A DNA stretch of 64,000 bases from Octopus sinensis (Eukaryota). Under the pieces are notes generated by a model. The model made no database searches and was not told where the DNA came from. It saw nothing but the letters and a program-made list of their open reading frames with translations. Positions 27,589 through 39,850 of the stretch are shown one piece after another. Made by a program: the position numbers and the translations under genes. The first letter of the stretch is position 1; every line of letters starts with the position of its first letter. The stretch lies in the NCBI RefSeq assembly GCF_006345805.1, contig NC_042999.1, forward strand, positions 28,458,001-28,522,000, given 5' to 3'.

Positions 27589-28485
27589 TTGTGTCTATAT
27601 GTATGTGTGTGTGATATATCAAGAATTATTATAGTGATGATAAATAATTAAATAGCTTTCTTTTAGATCATACAATTTTGGAACTTACAACGTCATCACA
27701 GTAGTGGTTACACGCTATAAACCAATGACTAATGGCTAATCAGCTAAGGTACTTTTCATTCATCTGGATTAATATCTTCCATATGACTCATAGTATGCAA
27801 TAAATAAACCTTTTTTCTCCTCTGGTCCATACATACATAACTACAAACATAAATATATACAGGCATATTCATAGTACATACATACATATTTACATATATA
27901 GATACACACGCAAATACACAGATATGCATGTCTCCTTCTTCGTCTTTCTTGGAACACACGTGATAAATGTATTTAATATAGATTTTCTAAGAGGTTGTTT
28001 AATCTTCCGATCTCAGTAAATTACAATAATGTAGTGATATTAATATATCAAGCATTTCCTATAACACTTCCAGTCCTAGATATCTGGTTATGCTGCAACA
28101 TTTGTGCATTGAATTTGGGCAGTAAGTCTTTCTGCGTTGAGAAAAAATACCGGTCCAAGTGGATAGGGTTTTGTCTTGGGAGGCGAAGAAGTGGTATAGT
28201 GATTTAATGTCACCATCAGTATCTTATGTTCCTTGAGGACATATGGCAAGAATTTCCTCAAAAGAATATTCGTCATCTGACCAGTAGCATGCATTTTCGG
28301 ATCCTTGCATTGAAAATGCAAAGGGCATTCCAACTAAATATTAAGCATTGACATTATAATAATCAAGAAATAATCTGAATGTATAATTTGAAATTTAAGT
28401 AATTTTTAATGATTATAAGGGTGTCTATTTACTTCTGTCATATCTGAGTATATTCATTACTCTCTCTATATAATTTTATTTGCAG

Positions 28486-28630
28486 CTTCTGGAGAAAAGG
28501 CCCCTGACTATAGTACATTAAAACCCTTCCAGGCTAGTGAGATTGATACCGTTAACTTCCCGTTTAAACTGTTGATGAAAGAAATTGAACTGCGGAGAAA
28601 AGAGTGAAAATTGAGGATACACCGGGAATG
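28486..28630 (+). CDS. Candidate coding exon of an unidentified host gene (stop at 28605-28607)
   Basis: Acceptor ttttatttgcag, donor G/gtgagt; only one frame is open: (A)SGEKAPDYSTLKPFQASEIDTVNFPFKLLMKEIELRRKE*. No homology recognised. Confidence 0.3.
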
Positions 28631-29287
28631 GTGAGTTGGTAATATCAAGAGTGATTAGCGTAGGAGACACATATGGATTGGCACTGTATAAATGGATGTG
28701 GTAGATGAGTAGACAACTATGGAGAACAAAGGCCATTATATGAGCGGTGTGTATGAGTTTATGTGCGTGTATGTGTGTATGCGCGTGTGTGTGTCCACAG
28801 TAGAACAGAGAGCAGTGAAAGATCATGGTTATTCTAATGTGTTAGTTGCACAAAACAGTGTTTTTGACGTTCCTTTCAGAAGACTGATATTATGACAACT
28901 TTTCACTTCTTCAGCTAAAGTGCAATGTCAATAAAGATATATGATATTTCCCTACTTCAATTATTAAATCCATGTTGGTCACAGCCATTGAAAAATATGT
29001 TGGATTCGCTCATTAAAACTTATAGAATTCTGTACAAATAATAATTTCAGTGAACTATAATAATATAATAAACATTGCTCTGTATTATCTAAACATAAGT
29101 GGTTCAAATTCAAACGAAAATTTCTATTAAAATCAAATAGAAATGCAGAAGAAATATAAGATACGAATATTTATAGAACGCCTACTCAACTCTCAAAAAT
29201 GCCATTATCACTCACGAGAAATACAGTAGCTAGTGCATACGGATAAGCGTGAGGAATATGCTATACATACATACACGCATATACATG

Positions 29288-29555
<268 letters not shown>

Positions 29556-29558
29556 TAT

Positions 29559-29859
29559 GCATTATATGGAGGAAATTATCTTGCAAATTTATTTGCAATT
29601 GCTGTATATTGTGGTACATATGGCTCAAGCAAAAATACCAATAAATCAGTCTCCCTAGCATTTGGTGTTTTAAAATCAGATGACCAAATACGATAATATT
29701 CACACATGCATCTGTGTGTGTGTGTGTTTGCCTATTATCACATTTTAATCCATCAACTGCGACGGAGACTGATTTATCGCTATTTTTGTTTGAATCATAT
29801 GTACCACATTGTACAGCAATTGCAAACAAATTTACAAGATAATTTCTTTCATATAATGC
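29559..29859. repeat. Foldback inverted repeat (~123-bp arms), MITE-like
   Basis: 29559-29682 is the reverse complement of 29737-29859, roughly 80% identical by eye; the spacer contains (TG)n. Confidence 0.8.
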
Positions 29860-30168
29860 GGAATAACAGCTGTCGCATTTATCATATCTTCCTAAGTGCT
29901 TTAAAATTGTATAGACTTTTCTAAACTAAAATTCGTTGCATGTAATGTAATAACAGACAATGGCACAACTATAAACTATGCAGCATTTTGCAACTATCAA
30001 TGTATGTATAATTCACTAAAAATTATCACGGTGGCACACCAGTCATAAATGAAACCGCGAAAGTAAGTAGGAAATACGCTTGAAAAGTTTTGATATCCGC
30101 GAGTTTGGTTGTATGCATTACATTATAATTATTATAATGATACATTATTATCTTTATTATAATGATAG

Positions 30169-30202
<34 letters not shown>

Positions 30203-30399
30203 GATATGAATTCCTTGATAAAAGGAGGCAAAAAGGCGTTACTATAAACGTTTTGGGCAAGTCTATATCTGTAATATCAAACAAATGCACAAAAGTGTTT
30301 AAAAAATATTCAAAACCCTGGAAAATCCGGTAGAAATTCTTCGTGGTTCAAAACGTTGCTTACTAAGAATAAAATATTAACGAAGAAGTCGTTTTTACA

Positions 30400-32104
30400 A
30401 TATAAATCAAACCGATTCTGAAAGTGCGTTCAAAGTGTTCATCAACTCCAGAACTCCAGATTTTTATGTTAACGGAATATACAAACTTGTGACTCGCTAG
30501 CACTCCTGGTAGCATATGGTGTGGGGCCGGTGATCCCATCGGCGTCGAAGGTAAGTATTCGATAATTGTACGTGGTGATGTTACTGGGAACAACGGATAC
30601 CTCCTCCATGTCGTTGTTTCTGGATTGGTCATTTCTTGGCGCGGCGATTTTACTAGTTGTAAAATACGTTGCAGGCCTGGTCACTCGATCTGTGTCTATG
30701 TTTTATTCAATATAAGTGGCGGTGGTACTGTGGTCTTCGGTGATGCTGGTCCCGGACCGGTTATTATATCTGGGCGTGGCAATTGTATTGGTTAATCTAC
30801 TGCTGGATAGTACAATAATCTTATTGCGGTAGCAGATCTAGGTGTCACCGTAGCTCCATAGATGACCCCTTCAGCCTCGTATCCGCCTCCTACTGGACAG
30901 TTATTATATATCCTGCAAGAGCAAACTGTCTCCTCACTTGTATTGTGAGTACTTGTTAGAATATTTTTTTTTATGTTAGGTGCACAACAAAAGGAGACTC
31001 TTAGGTTGTTTGTCAAATAAATGCCTGTTTGTGTATGTGTTTGAGAAATGTTTGCCTCTCAATCTAAGGAAAATCTTTACCACACAAGTCTTGGCGTTGA
31101 TCGAAAAGGATGGAGCAAATCAAACGGCATTTCTGTGGCGCTCCATTTTTCGGGTTCTATGGACTAGGTACGTAGGAGATGCTGTCTGTAAGCCTACTCG
31201 ATGCCAGTGCCTCATTGTAGTAGGGGACAGGGGCATCGAAGATATCATGGTCCGAGGGTAGATTTGAGATCCACTCGCTTACACCTCTCACTAGGTTCTT
31301 GAAAACCGAAGGGTGTGGCAGGAGGCTGCGCTAATAGAAGACAGTCTCTCGTTTGGCTTGTGATAGGCCCCGTATGCACCAGAGCCCAGATCTAAAGCAA
31401 TGTCTAAGAACTTTAAAGTGGTGAGATTAATCTCTTGAGTCCCATTGAGCGTAAGGTGCTAATTAGGTTCTTTCTAAGTGTATCTAATGTGTGGCAATTG
31501 GTTCCTCTGGTGATCGCTAGGGTGTCATCTTTGTAGAGGCCAAAGAAGACCGAAGGACACATCTTCCCTAAGCTGTCCAGGATGTGCAGTCTGATAAGAT
31601 CACAGGCATCGGTGCTGTCATATGCTTCCATAGCTACATCAATGAATCCCTCGGGGTCAGATTGCTTAATCCAAGTCGAATATTTGCTGAAACGCACAGT
31701 CTTCCTGGCATGCATGATAACTCTAACATCACTGTTACTAATATCTGTGAAGCCCTTGGCAAAGAAAAATGCCTTCAACTATAACTCTTCAAAAATAGAT
31801 GGATAAAAGTCGACAATGTCGAACTGTGTAAATCTAGCCATGCTTCTATCCCTGTTGGCAATAAACCTTGAGATTACATAACTGATGCTGCGCCATAGAG
31901 ATAGGCTTGTGTGTCTTCTTACGTTATCATTAATCTTTCTCAGTATACATATACTCGCCTGGCCAATCTCGCACTTGGCCTGGTTAATCAGGTGGCATTT
32001 GGAGTTAGAGGTAAAATTCGGCTTGTGATCCTTCAAAATTATAAACGCATTATATATAATATGTGTGTGTGTGTGAGTGCATACACACACACACACACAC
32101 ACAC

Positions 32105-32145
<41 letters not shown>

Positions 32146-32330
32146 CATAAAACGTCAGGAGGTATGGTGGCTGAATATATTTATGTATTTGTTCCTGTCT
32201 TTTTTGTTAACATCAAAAATGGTCGATTTCCTGACCTTAAACCCATCATATTAATTGATATGAAAAAACGTATCTTTATTTTCAATTTTACTGAGCACAA
32301 GCTAATTTTTTCTAGACTCGATATTCCATA
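30400..32330 (-). mobile_element. Penelope-like element (RT and start of GIY-YIG), decayed, interrupted by a microsatellite at 32050-32146
   Basis: ILKDHKPNF, QFDIVDFYPSI, DVAMEAYDSTDACDLIRL, GLYKDDTL (PLE RT DVTMGSYDGAE..GLYRDDGL); CRIYNNCPVGG..EGVIYGATVT. Confidence 0.88.
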
Positions 32331-34220
32331 AATCGTACGTATAAACACGAAATTTTGTATGTATACGTAACGTTAAATCATTATTGTAACCGTGTTGCTC
32401 TGGTGATCTGATGAGCTAGCTTTCTTTATTTGCATTGATTTGCGAATATACAATTGTGTTGTATAACGCGACGCATGAATATTAATGTAGACGCGTAAAC
32501 GTAATTTATTATGCACTGAAATTATTAGGATACTAAAAAGGCTGTGAAAATGATGTGATGGTAAAGGTAAGAAGTGGTTAAATGAATTTATTCACTTCTC
32601 ATACATCCTGGGTCTTTACACATCATATTCTCGTATAGAATAAATTCATTGTTCGTATCTCCGGGATTTGAACCGCACGGTACGCGGCATTTTATTCCTC
32701 TGTGTTGGATTATTATCTGGTCTAGTATCCGAGTCTACTAGAAGAGATTTATGTGATAACCTTACGATTCTATGAATCCCTATATTGCACTAGAAATTCA
32801 TAGATTCACGCACAGGCACACACACACACACATATGGACTTCATTAAGGGACTAATCAGCACCAGTATTGCTACAAATAAGAGTCAAAACCACACAATAG
32901 CCACGAATAGCACTAGCTTTCTGAATGACAAAGGAGGCGAACTACCTACAGCAGCGAGCATAGCCAAATCACCGATTATTTCACATTACCTTTAAGGCTC
33001 ATAAGTGGTTCTTACCGGGCCTAGGGTTAAACGCAACTCACCTTGTTAATTTATAAAATTTCCTTTGAAATCACAATGTGAATTCATAAATGATAAAAGT
33101 GAAAATTACAAGTATGGGTGACTAATTCACAAATATACAACCCAACTGCAGCGTTATTTCAACGGAAGTGTTATGCACTGACTAGGTGGGTTGAGTTTAA
33201 CCATAGGCGCAGTGAGAGCTACTAATGAGAGTTAAAGTAAATGCGAAATCACCGATGATCTTGCTATTCCTGCTGCTGTAGTGAGCTTTCCTCTCATGTC
33301 AATCATTAAGATAATGCTTTTCGTGGCTTTTGAGTTGTGTTGACATTTATTTTAAGCAATACTGGTGCTGACAATTACCCTTATTCTATACTACCTTAAA
33401 AGCCGCCGGACTGGGCGGCTTTTGAGATGGCTACTCTAGAGGTCTCTTCACTGAGCCTTGGGCCCAACAATGACACTTCATATATTAAATTTTATTCAAC
33501 TTGAACAATATTTTTCAAGCAATGAACAATCTTCTTCAAAACAATGATATAATTTGTCGACTTGGAATTATTGCAAAGCTGCATGATAAAGATTTTTCCC
33601 TTCTCGTTCGGAGTCAGTACAAATAATTTGTTTCCCTTTCCTACCCTTGGACAACCAACATATAACAGGACGTAGGTAACAAGTTCAACGATAATTCATC
33701 TGCCGCCATTTAATTTAAAGACAATTTGATGTACAAACAAGTACGTGCCTAAACTCATGTTCGTACTTTACGTACAAACAAGTACCTTTCTAAACTCCTG
33801 TTCGTAGTTTGAAGGAAAATTACACCACTGTTATGAAACACTATAATAAAGAGCGATGATCATGGTTCTAAATATATCTGACCATTAAGATGTTTGAAAT
33901 TTAGCATCATTTAATATTTTCTTAAGGTAATAATAAACTTAGGCGAATCTATTTTTATGCAGTCGGAGTGCATTAAGTTTCCATAGATACGACGGCCGAC
34001 GGCATGAAAATAGGACGACAGATTTTAATAGTATCTGAAAGAATACTAAGCTTCCAGCATTTTTATGGTAGTTCTATATTTAAGAGATGAGGAATTATGT
34101 ACATTCTTTACATTTGACGGATATCTGTCCTCATCATGTTTGTTGTTAGCACAACGTTTCGGCTGATATACCCTCCAGCCTTCACCAGATGGCTTGGTGA
34201 AATTTCGAACCTGGATTCTC

Positions 34221-34378
34221 ATTCCTATGGTATATTACGATCTTCTTCTTCTTCTTCTTCTTCTTCTTCTTCTTCTTCTTCTTCTTCTTCTTCTTCTTCT
34301 TCTTCTTCTTCTTCTTCTTCTTCTTCTTCTTCTTCTTCTTCTTCTTCTTCTTCTTCTTCTTCTTCTTCTTCTTCTTCT
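34221..34378. repeat. (CTT)n microsatellite
   Basis: Perfect run. Confidence 0.97.
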
Positions 34379-34704
34379 ACCACAAAGAAATGATCAAACT
34401 AAGTAGCAATCTATTAAGCAACAGCTATTCTCAAAGCGTACAACACACTGGAATTGTGAAGAAAAGAGAGGATGGAACCAATAAACTGGTTACTGTCTGT
34501 CTACCCTATGTGAAAGTCCTCTTCGAAAAGATACAAATGATATGCGGTCCATATAACATCAGGGCAGTATTCAAGAGTAATACAACACTTCGCATATATC
34601 TCCTCCGAGTAAAACCACCAATAGAAGAGAATATGACCAAAGACTGTGTGTACTTCATCCAAAAATACCTTAGGAATGAGAACACAGGTTCAAAATTTCC
34701 CCAA

Positions 34705-34750
34705 GACACCTGATGAAAGGTGGAGGGTAAAACAGCCGAAACGTGGTGTT
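34705..34750 (+). ncRNA. Minimal type-I hammerhead ribozyme motif (degenerate) in a PLE terminal repeat
   Basis: GACAC-CTGATGA-A-aggtg..cagcc-GAAA-CG-TG-GTGTT; stem I intact, cleavage triplet mutated to GUG. Confidence 0.6.
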
Positions 34751-34904
34751 AACAACAAACAACATGAGGACAAATATCCGTCTAATGTAAATAATACTTA
34801 TGGTAGGCAATTATGAGAAATAATATTTCATGTGAGAGTGAGTTCAATATGTATTTTAGTTCCGAACGTTATGAGACACGTGTTATGGTTAAATTATTTG
34901 ATAC

Positions 34905-35255
34905 AGTTATAATATTTAGAGAAACGTTTTTCCAAAATGTTTATTCAGGAAATTACGTTTGGAAAGAATTATAATATTTACAGTAAGGTTTTTTTCAAAA
35001 TGTTTATTTTGGAAATTTCTTTTGGAATTTTTTTTTAATATTTAGAGAAATATTTTTTCAAAATGTTAGGATTGATAAAAAAAAAAAAACAAGAATGAAG
35101 AATAATAGTAGAATCATTGAATAGTGAGAGACAGGTAAAGCTTGGGAAATAGTAGAAATGTCATTGGATAGTGAGAGAGGGGGTCGGAGGAGTAAAATTG
35201 AAAAAGTGTGACACTCTGTGACACTGTCATTCGCTTTCGCATTTATTATTATAGA
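34905..35255 (-). mobile_element. Possible non-autonomous Helitron 5' end with ~62-bp internal tandem repeats
   Basis: Minus strand starts A|TCTATAATAATAAATGCG; three copies of aatatttagagaaa..ttttcaaaatgttt at 34908-35067; no 3' end identified. Confidence 0.4.
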
Positions 35256-35257
35256 TA

Positions 35258-36420
35258 TTGGGTCATCCCATAAATAAAGCGGATTTTTAAAAACTTTTTT
35301 TTATTTTCAAAATTAAGTTTTTTTTTATCTAAAATATACTCTCCTTCATCTTCTACAATGCTCTTCCATCTATTTGGTAGTCTTCAAGACTCCTTTTCTA
35401 AAATTCACTCGTCCGTGACGAATAATACTCCTCCAGTTCTGTTCTCATCACGTCTACAGGATTCATATTTTTTCCGTCCAAATACTTTTGAAGACTGCGG
35501 AATATATGATTATCTGATGGGGCAGTGTCCGGCGAATGTGGTGGATGCGGGATCGTTTCCCATTTAAACTGCTCCTGCTTTGGAATGTCGTCCTCGCTGT
35601 ATGTGACCGAACTTTATCCTGAAGAAGGAAAAACTTTCGTCTTGAAACCATAGATGGTTGTTTTTTTTCTATCGCTCAAGAAGCTCGCAGTAGATCTCCT
35701 TTGCTAAAGTTTCGTTTGGGTTTAAAAGTTCAAAGTGAACTGAACCTTTCATATCCTACCAAACAGATAGCAGCACCTTACGTGGGTGAAGACTTTTAGC
35801 TTGGGGTGGCGGTGCTTTTCCTCTCCCTACCCACTCTCTGTTCATTCGTGAGGTGTGACAGCTAAGAAGAGCATACATTCACTCTCTGCGTGCGACTAGA
35901 CTCGAAAGGTTTGTGAGGAACCCATTGACCGAATTTGCTGACTTTTCCGATGGAATGTAAGTGTCAATGAATGGTTGAATGACCAAATCGAAGCTCCTCT
36001 GCTAGTTCCTCAGCAGTTACGATGATATTTTGTTCCACCAGGGTTTGCTGGGCGTCCTCGTCAAATTCTACAAATCTCTAGGACTAGGATCGTCTTTTAG
36101 GCTGTAGTTTCCGGCTCGGAATTTCTGAAATTTCTGCAACCACCATTGACACTAACTTACGTTTATTGTTCGATCCCCATAGAGTGTTGTTGCGTTGTTG
36201 CTTTATTGAACCCATAAAGCAAAATATGCCGAATATGCTCATTGTTGCTTCCATTATAGCTTTGAAAAAATAACTCCTAAAATCGAACAACACCCTTCAA
36301 AACTTGCACTATAAATAAGTTCAAGATAAAATTACTACCTGCAAGCGGTTAAACACAATTCATACAATTCAAAAGGCTCTTTCCAAATGATCCGTGGCAT
36401 TCTATGTGAGAATAAATAAA
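35258..36420 (-). mobile_element. mariner DNA transposon, decayed, with an internal deletion
   Basis: TA then TIR ttgggtcatcccataaataaagcgg; minus frames give EHIRHILLYGFNK, WVPH, HPRKVLLSVW*DMKG..HFELL, and HPPHSPDTAPSDNHIFRSLQKYLDGK. Confidence 0.9.
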
Positions 36421-36580
36421 CTAATATATAATTGAACAAATACTTAATAACTTAAGAAACACTCTCTCTAAATATTGTCACTGTCACACGTACCTTTTGC
36501 TATAAATTATGCACACATCCATAAATCCATAATACATACATATATATATATATACACATACATACATATATATATATATG

Positions 36581-36624
<44 letters not shown>

Positions 36625-36729
36625 GACTTATACATATATTTATATATACCTATACACACACACACACACACACAACACACACATATATATATATATATCT
36701 ATATATATATATATATAATAAATAATAAA

Positions 36730-36842
36730 TATTAGGGAATAAATCCAAATTTACAGGGAAAAAATCAGATTTAGGATTAATCCAATTTTATAGTAAAATA
36801 TTATAAAATATTATTAGAGACAAAACCACTATTTTACAAAAC
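36730..36842 (+). mobile_element. Terminal fragment of a dispersed repeat (also at 63110-63215), probably PLE-related
   Basis: tattagggaataaatccaaatttacagggaaaaaatcagatttaggatt..agagacaaaaccactatt matches the reverse complement of 63105-63215. Confidence 0.7.
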
Positions 36843-37019
36843 ATACATACAGGCACACATACACGCACAGAGACAAAAGGAAAGTAAATAGACACCCTAT
36901 AAATCATAGTCTTATGTTTATTTTAACTTGTAATGCTTTATACTAATTGACATCTTTATGTTTCAAGTTCTATTTGTGACTGTTTAATCATTCAATGAAC
37001 AAAAGAAGCCTTGGAACTG

Positions 37020-37330
37020 TCCAAATTTCAAAGCGGGTCGTTGTGCAATTCACCAGAGAGTGAAAAGAGTTCACACCACCTCGCGCAGGTCAACCATGGC
37101 TCTCTGACTGGACCTTCTTTTGGCTAAGCGAAGTGTGGAATATAATCCTCGTTCCAAGGCCTCTGACATAGCAGAACATGTTGATATCGGTCCCAGAACA
37201 GGTGTCAGGTAACTCCACAAACATGGTTACTATGGCAGAGCAGCAAGAAGGAAGCCACTTCTTCGACCAGCCAACATCAAGCGGAGAAAGGATTGGACCA
37301 GTGAGATGGTGGAGAGGCCACTAGCAATAA
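37020..37330 (+). mobile_element. Tc1-type transposase N-terminal HTH fragment
   Basis: KRSVEYNPRSKASDIAEHVDIGPRTGVR*LHKHGYYGRAARRKPLLRPANIKRRKDW matches the Tc1 G+..R.ARRKPLL...+.KR..W pattern. Confidence 0.85.
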
Positions 37331-37499
37331 AACATATCACAGCTTTATAGAAATAGCAGATATGGGTGTGAGCTGAGCTCTATGGAAGCATACGAAATTT
37401 TTAAGCATAAAGATAACGGCAACCTGATTAATAATCGATTAGACCATAGAGTATCATGTGTACATAGTATCACTCTTTAAAAAGAAAATATTCTTTTTA

Positions 37500-38990
37500 A
37501 CTAATACTGGGTATCAGTCTTGATTGAAATAAGCTAAATAAGTCAATAAACAAATTTCAGTTCATAATACGTAAATATTATACATGTTCTATAAATCTTC
37601 TCTATTGATGTTAATAAGGTACATATACTTTATTATGGTTTTAGTGATTAGGCTATCTTTATTCATTTTCTATGGTGCACTTTCCTAACTGTGCATCTTA
37701 TTATTTTATAATAGCCTTTAATAAATCTATGTTTTGTACCTCTATAAATTCATACTTAGCTTCTATAAAACAATACCGGTATCTCCATAACTTAAATAAT
37801 CTAATTTAACTGAATTAATATATAGTTAACATTTTCTTTAGCCTCAGTGCTCTTTATTAAATACCAGTAAAATCTAGTTGATCAATCTCCATAGATACCA
37901 TCTAATAAGTTAATATTTAGATAAACAATATGTATAAATATTAAACTATTTCTATGTAATTTCTTTTCCTCCCTCTATTGTGGTAAAATTTGGTATATAC
38001 TCAAAAGCATTCAAATAAATTTTATCGTTTTGTTCTATTATCATTCTTAATAATCTTCTTGAAAACCCTAACTTTTAACTTCATACAATATGGCATTATT
38101 GATTTAAATTATTATTAGAAATTACTTGATTTATCCCTTTCTTAAAGTGCTCTACCCTCCTGATCATAGTATTTATTTGAGCCTTTATATTAGTAGCCCT
38201 TCTAATTAAGTACCCCTAAGAAACTATAAATATCATTTATGGAGTAACAATAATAACTTCTAAAACCTATAATATACCTCTTAGTTTTAAAATTAGTACA
38301 AATTTAGAATGTCCTATAATATCAATATCCCTTTAGCTAATACCAGGTATCAGTCATATTGATACTAGCTAAATAAGTAGATATATCATTTTTTGTTTAG
38401 TATACTTAAATTATTATACATTTTCTATACATTTTCTCTATTGATGTTAATAAGGTATATATACTTTATCCTGTTTTCAGTGATTAATCTATTTTATTCA
38501 TTTTCTATAGTGTTCTGCCCTACCTGATTATTTTATTATTTTATTATTTCATTATAGCCTTTATTTATAAAATATATCTAATATTTGTACCTCTGTAAAT
38601 TCATACTTAGCTTATATAAAACAATACTGGTATATTCACTACTTATAACTCATTGCTTAGATTATAATTTAATTAATATATATTTAGCAGGTTCTTTTAC
38701 CTCAGTACTCCTTTATTAAATACCAGTATATACCAATTTATCAATCTTCACAGACATCATCTGATGAGTTAGTATTTAAGTATATAATATGTATAAATAT
38801 TAAACTATTTCTAGATCATTTCTTTTCCTCCCTTTTTTTCTGGTAAAAGTTAGGTACATACTCAAAGTTAGGTACATACTAAAAAGTATTAAAAAAAAAA
38901 ATCTTATCCCTTTCTTATAATATACATCTTCATAATCTTCAGAATAAACCAATATTTTAACTTTATACAATATGGCAGTATTATTTAAAA
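37500..38990. repeat. Old diverged tandem duplication (~840-880-bp period) of very AT-rich DNA
   Basis: Collinear anchors gtatcagtc (37511/38347), tctattgatgttaataaggta, taaattcatacttagctt and caatatggca (38086/38968). Confidence 0.85.
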
Positions 38991-39699
38991 TATATAACTA
39001 TAGTACCACATGATAAGATTTCCCCTGTTTCATTATCAGTTGTCTACTAGTGACCTGCCCTTTTAATTGTCAGCTAACATCTTGATTTAAGATTACCTTT
39101 ACCAAATCTATTGATATTGCTTCAAATAAATCTTGATAGTTTTTTTTATGACTATGCCCAATATGAGTTTTGTCGACTCCCTCAGCTTCTTTCCTAAAAG
39201 ACACTGCTCTTTGATCTTTTGGCCTTAGAAATACAAAGATTTGATAAACTAGTCTATAAATTAAAACTGACCCCGTAAAATAGGGACAAGCAAACTCTGT
39301 AACAAGTCTTTCTTCCTGATGTCTTAGTATCTAAACTGAAGTGAAGGCAGTATGTTATTTCTCTATCTCATTACTTTCTTGGGATTTTAAGTAAAATTAT
39401 ACAAATGTGTCAATCTCTTTTAATTTAATTAAATATATGTCTTTTTGCAACTGAGGATTGCTCTGCACTTAAATTGATGTAATGATTTCATTGTTCAATT
39501 AAATGAAGTTTCTTGAAACGATCGTACTGCATTACCTCTGGATATCCTTCTTGCTTATTTTGATCATAATCACCTTCTTTTGAAATTGTATTGATAATAC
39601 TGTATTAAATTCTGGTGCCTCAACTTAAGTACCATATTCATCTGAGTCTAAATATATATATTTGTGTGTGCGCGCGCGCGTCTCTGTGTGTCTGTGTGT

Positions 39700-39850
39700 A
39701 TATATGGGTGCATATATACGTGCGTATATGTGTGTGTTTGAGTCTTGACAACCGATGTTGTGTTTACGTTTGATTTGTTCGACTGAAAACCTTTAAGGCG
39801 ATGCTCCAGCATGGTTGCTGTCTAATTACTGAAACAAGTAACATAATAAC
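39700..39850 (+). mobile_element. SINE family A 3' fragment
   Basis: ttgacaaccgatgttg...aaggcgatgctccagcatgg..actgaaacaagta. Confidence 0.7.

Larger units (their letters stand above)
34108..34795 (+). mobile_element. Penelope-like element: inverted 5' terminal repeat, (CTT)n, body fragment, 3' terminal repeat
   Basis: 34108-34215 is the reverse complement of 34668-34795; the body VCLPYVKVLFEKIQMICGPYNIRAVFKSNTTLR matches 42860-43020. Confidence 0.85.

Noticed and set aside
33398-33423. Bacterial intrinsic terminator
   Set aside because: The context is eukaryotic with no upstream bacterial-type ORF and no sign of contamination.
37430-39330. Mitochondrial insertion (NUMT)
   Set aside because: AT-rich, but no recognisable mitochondrial gene, rRNA or tRNA motif.
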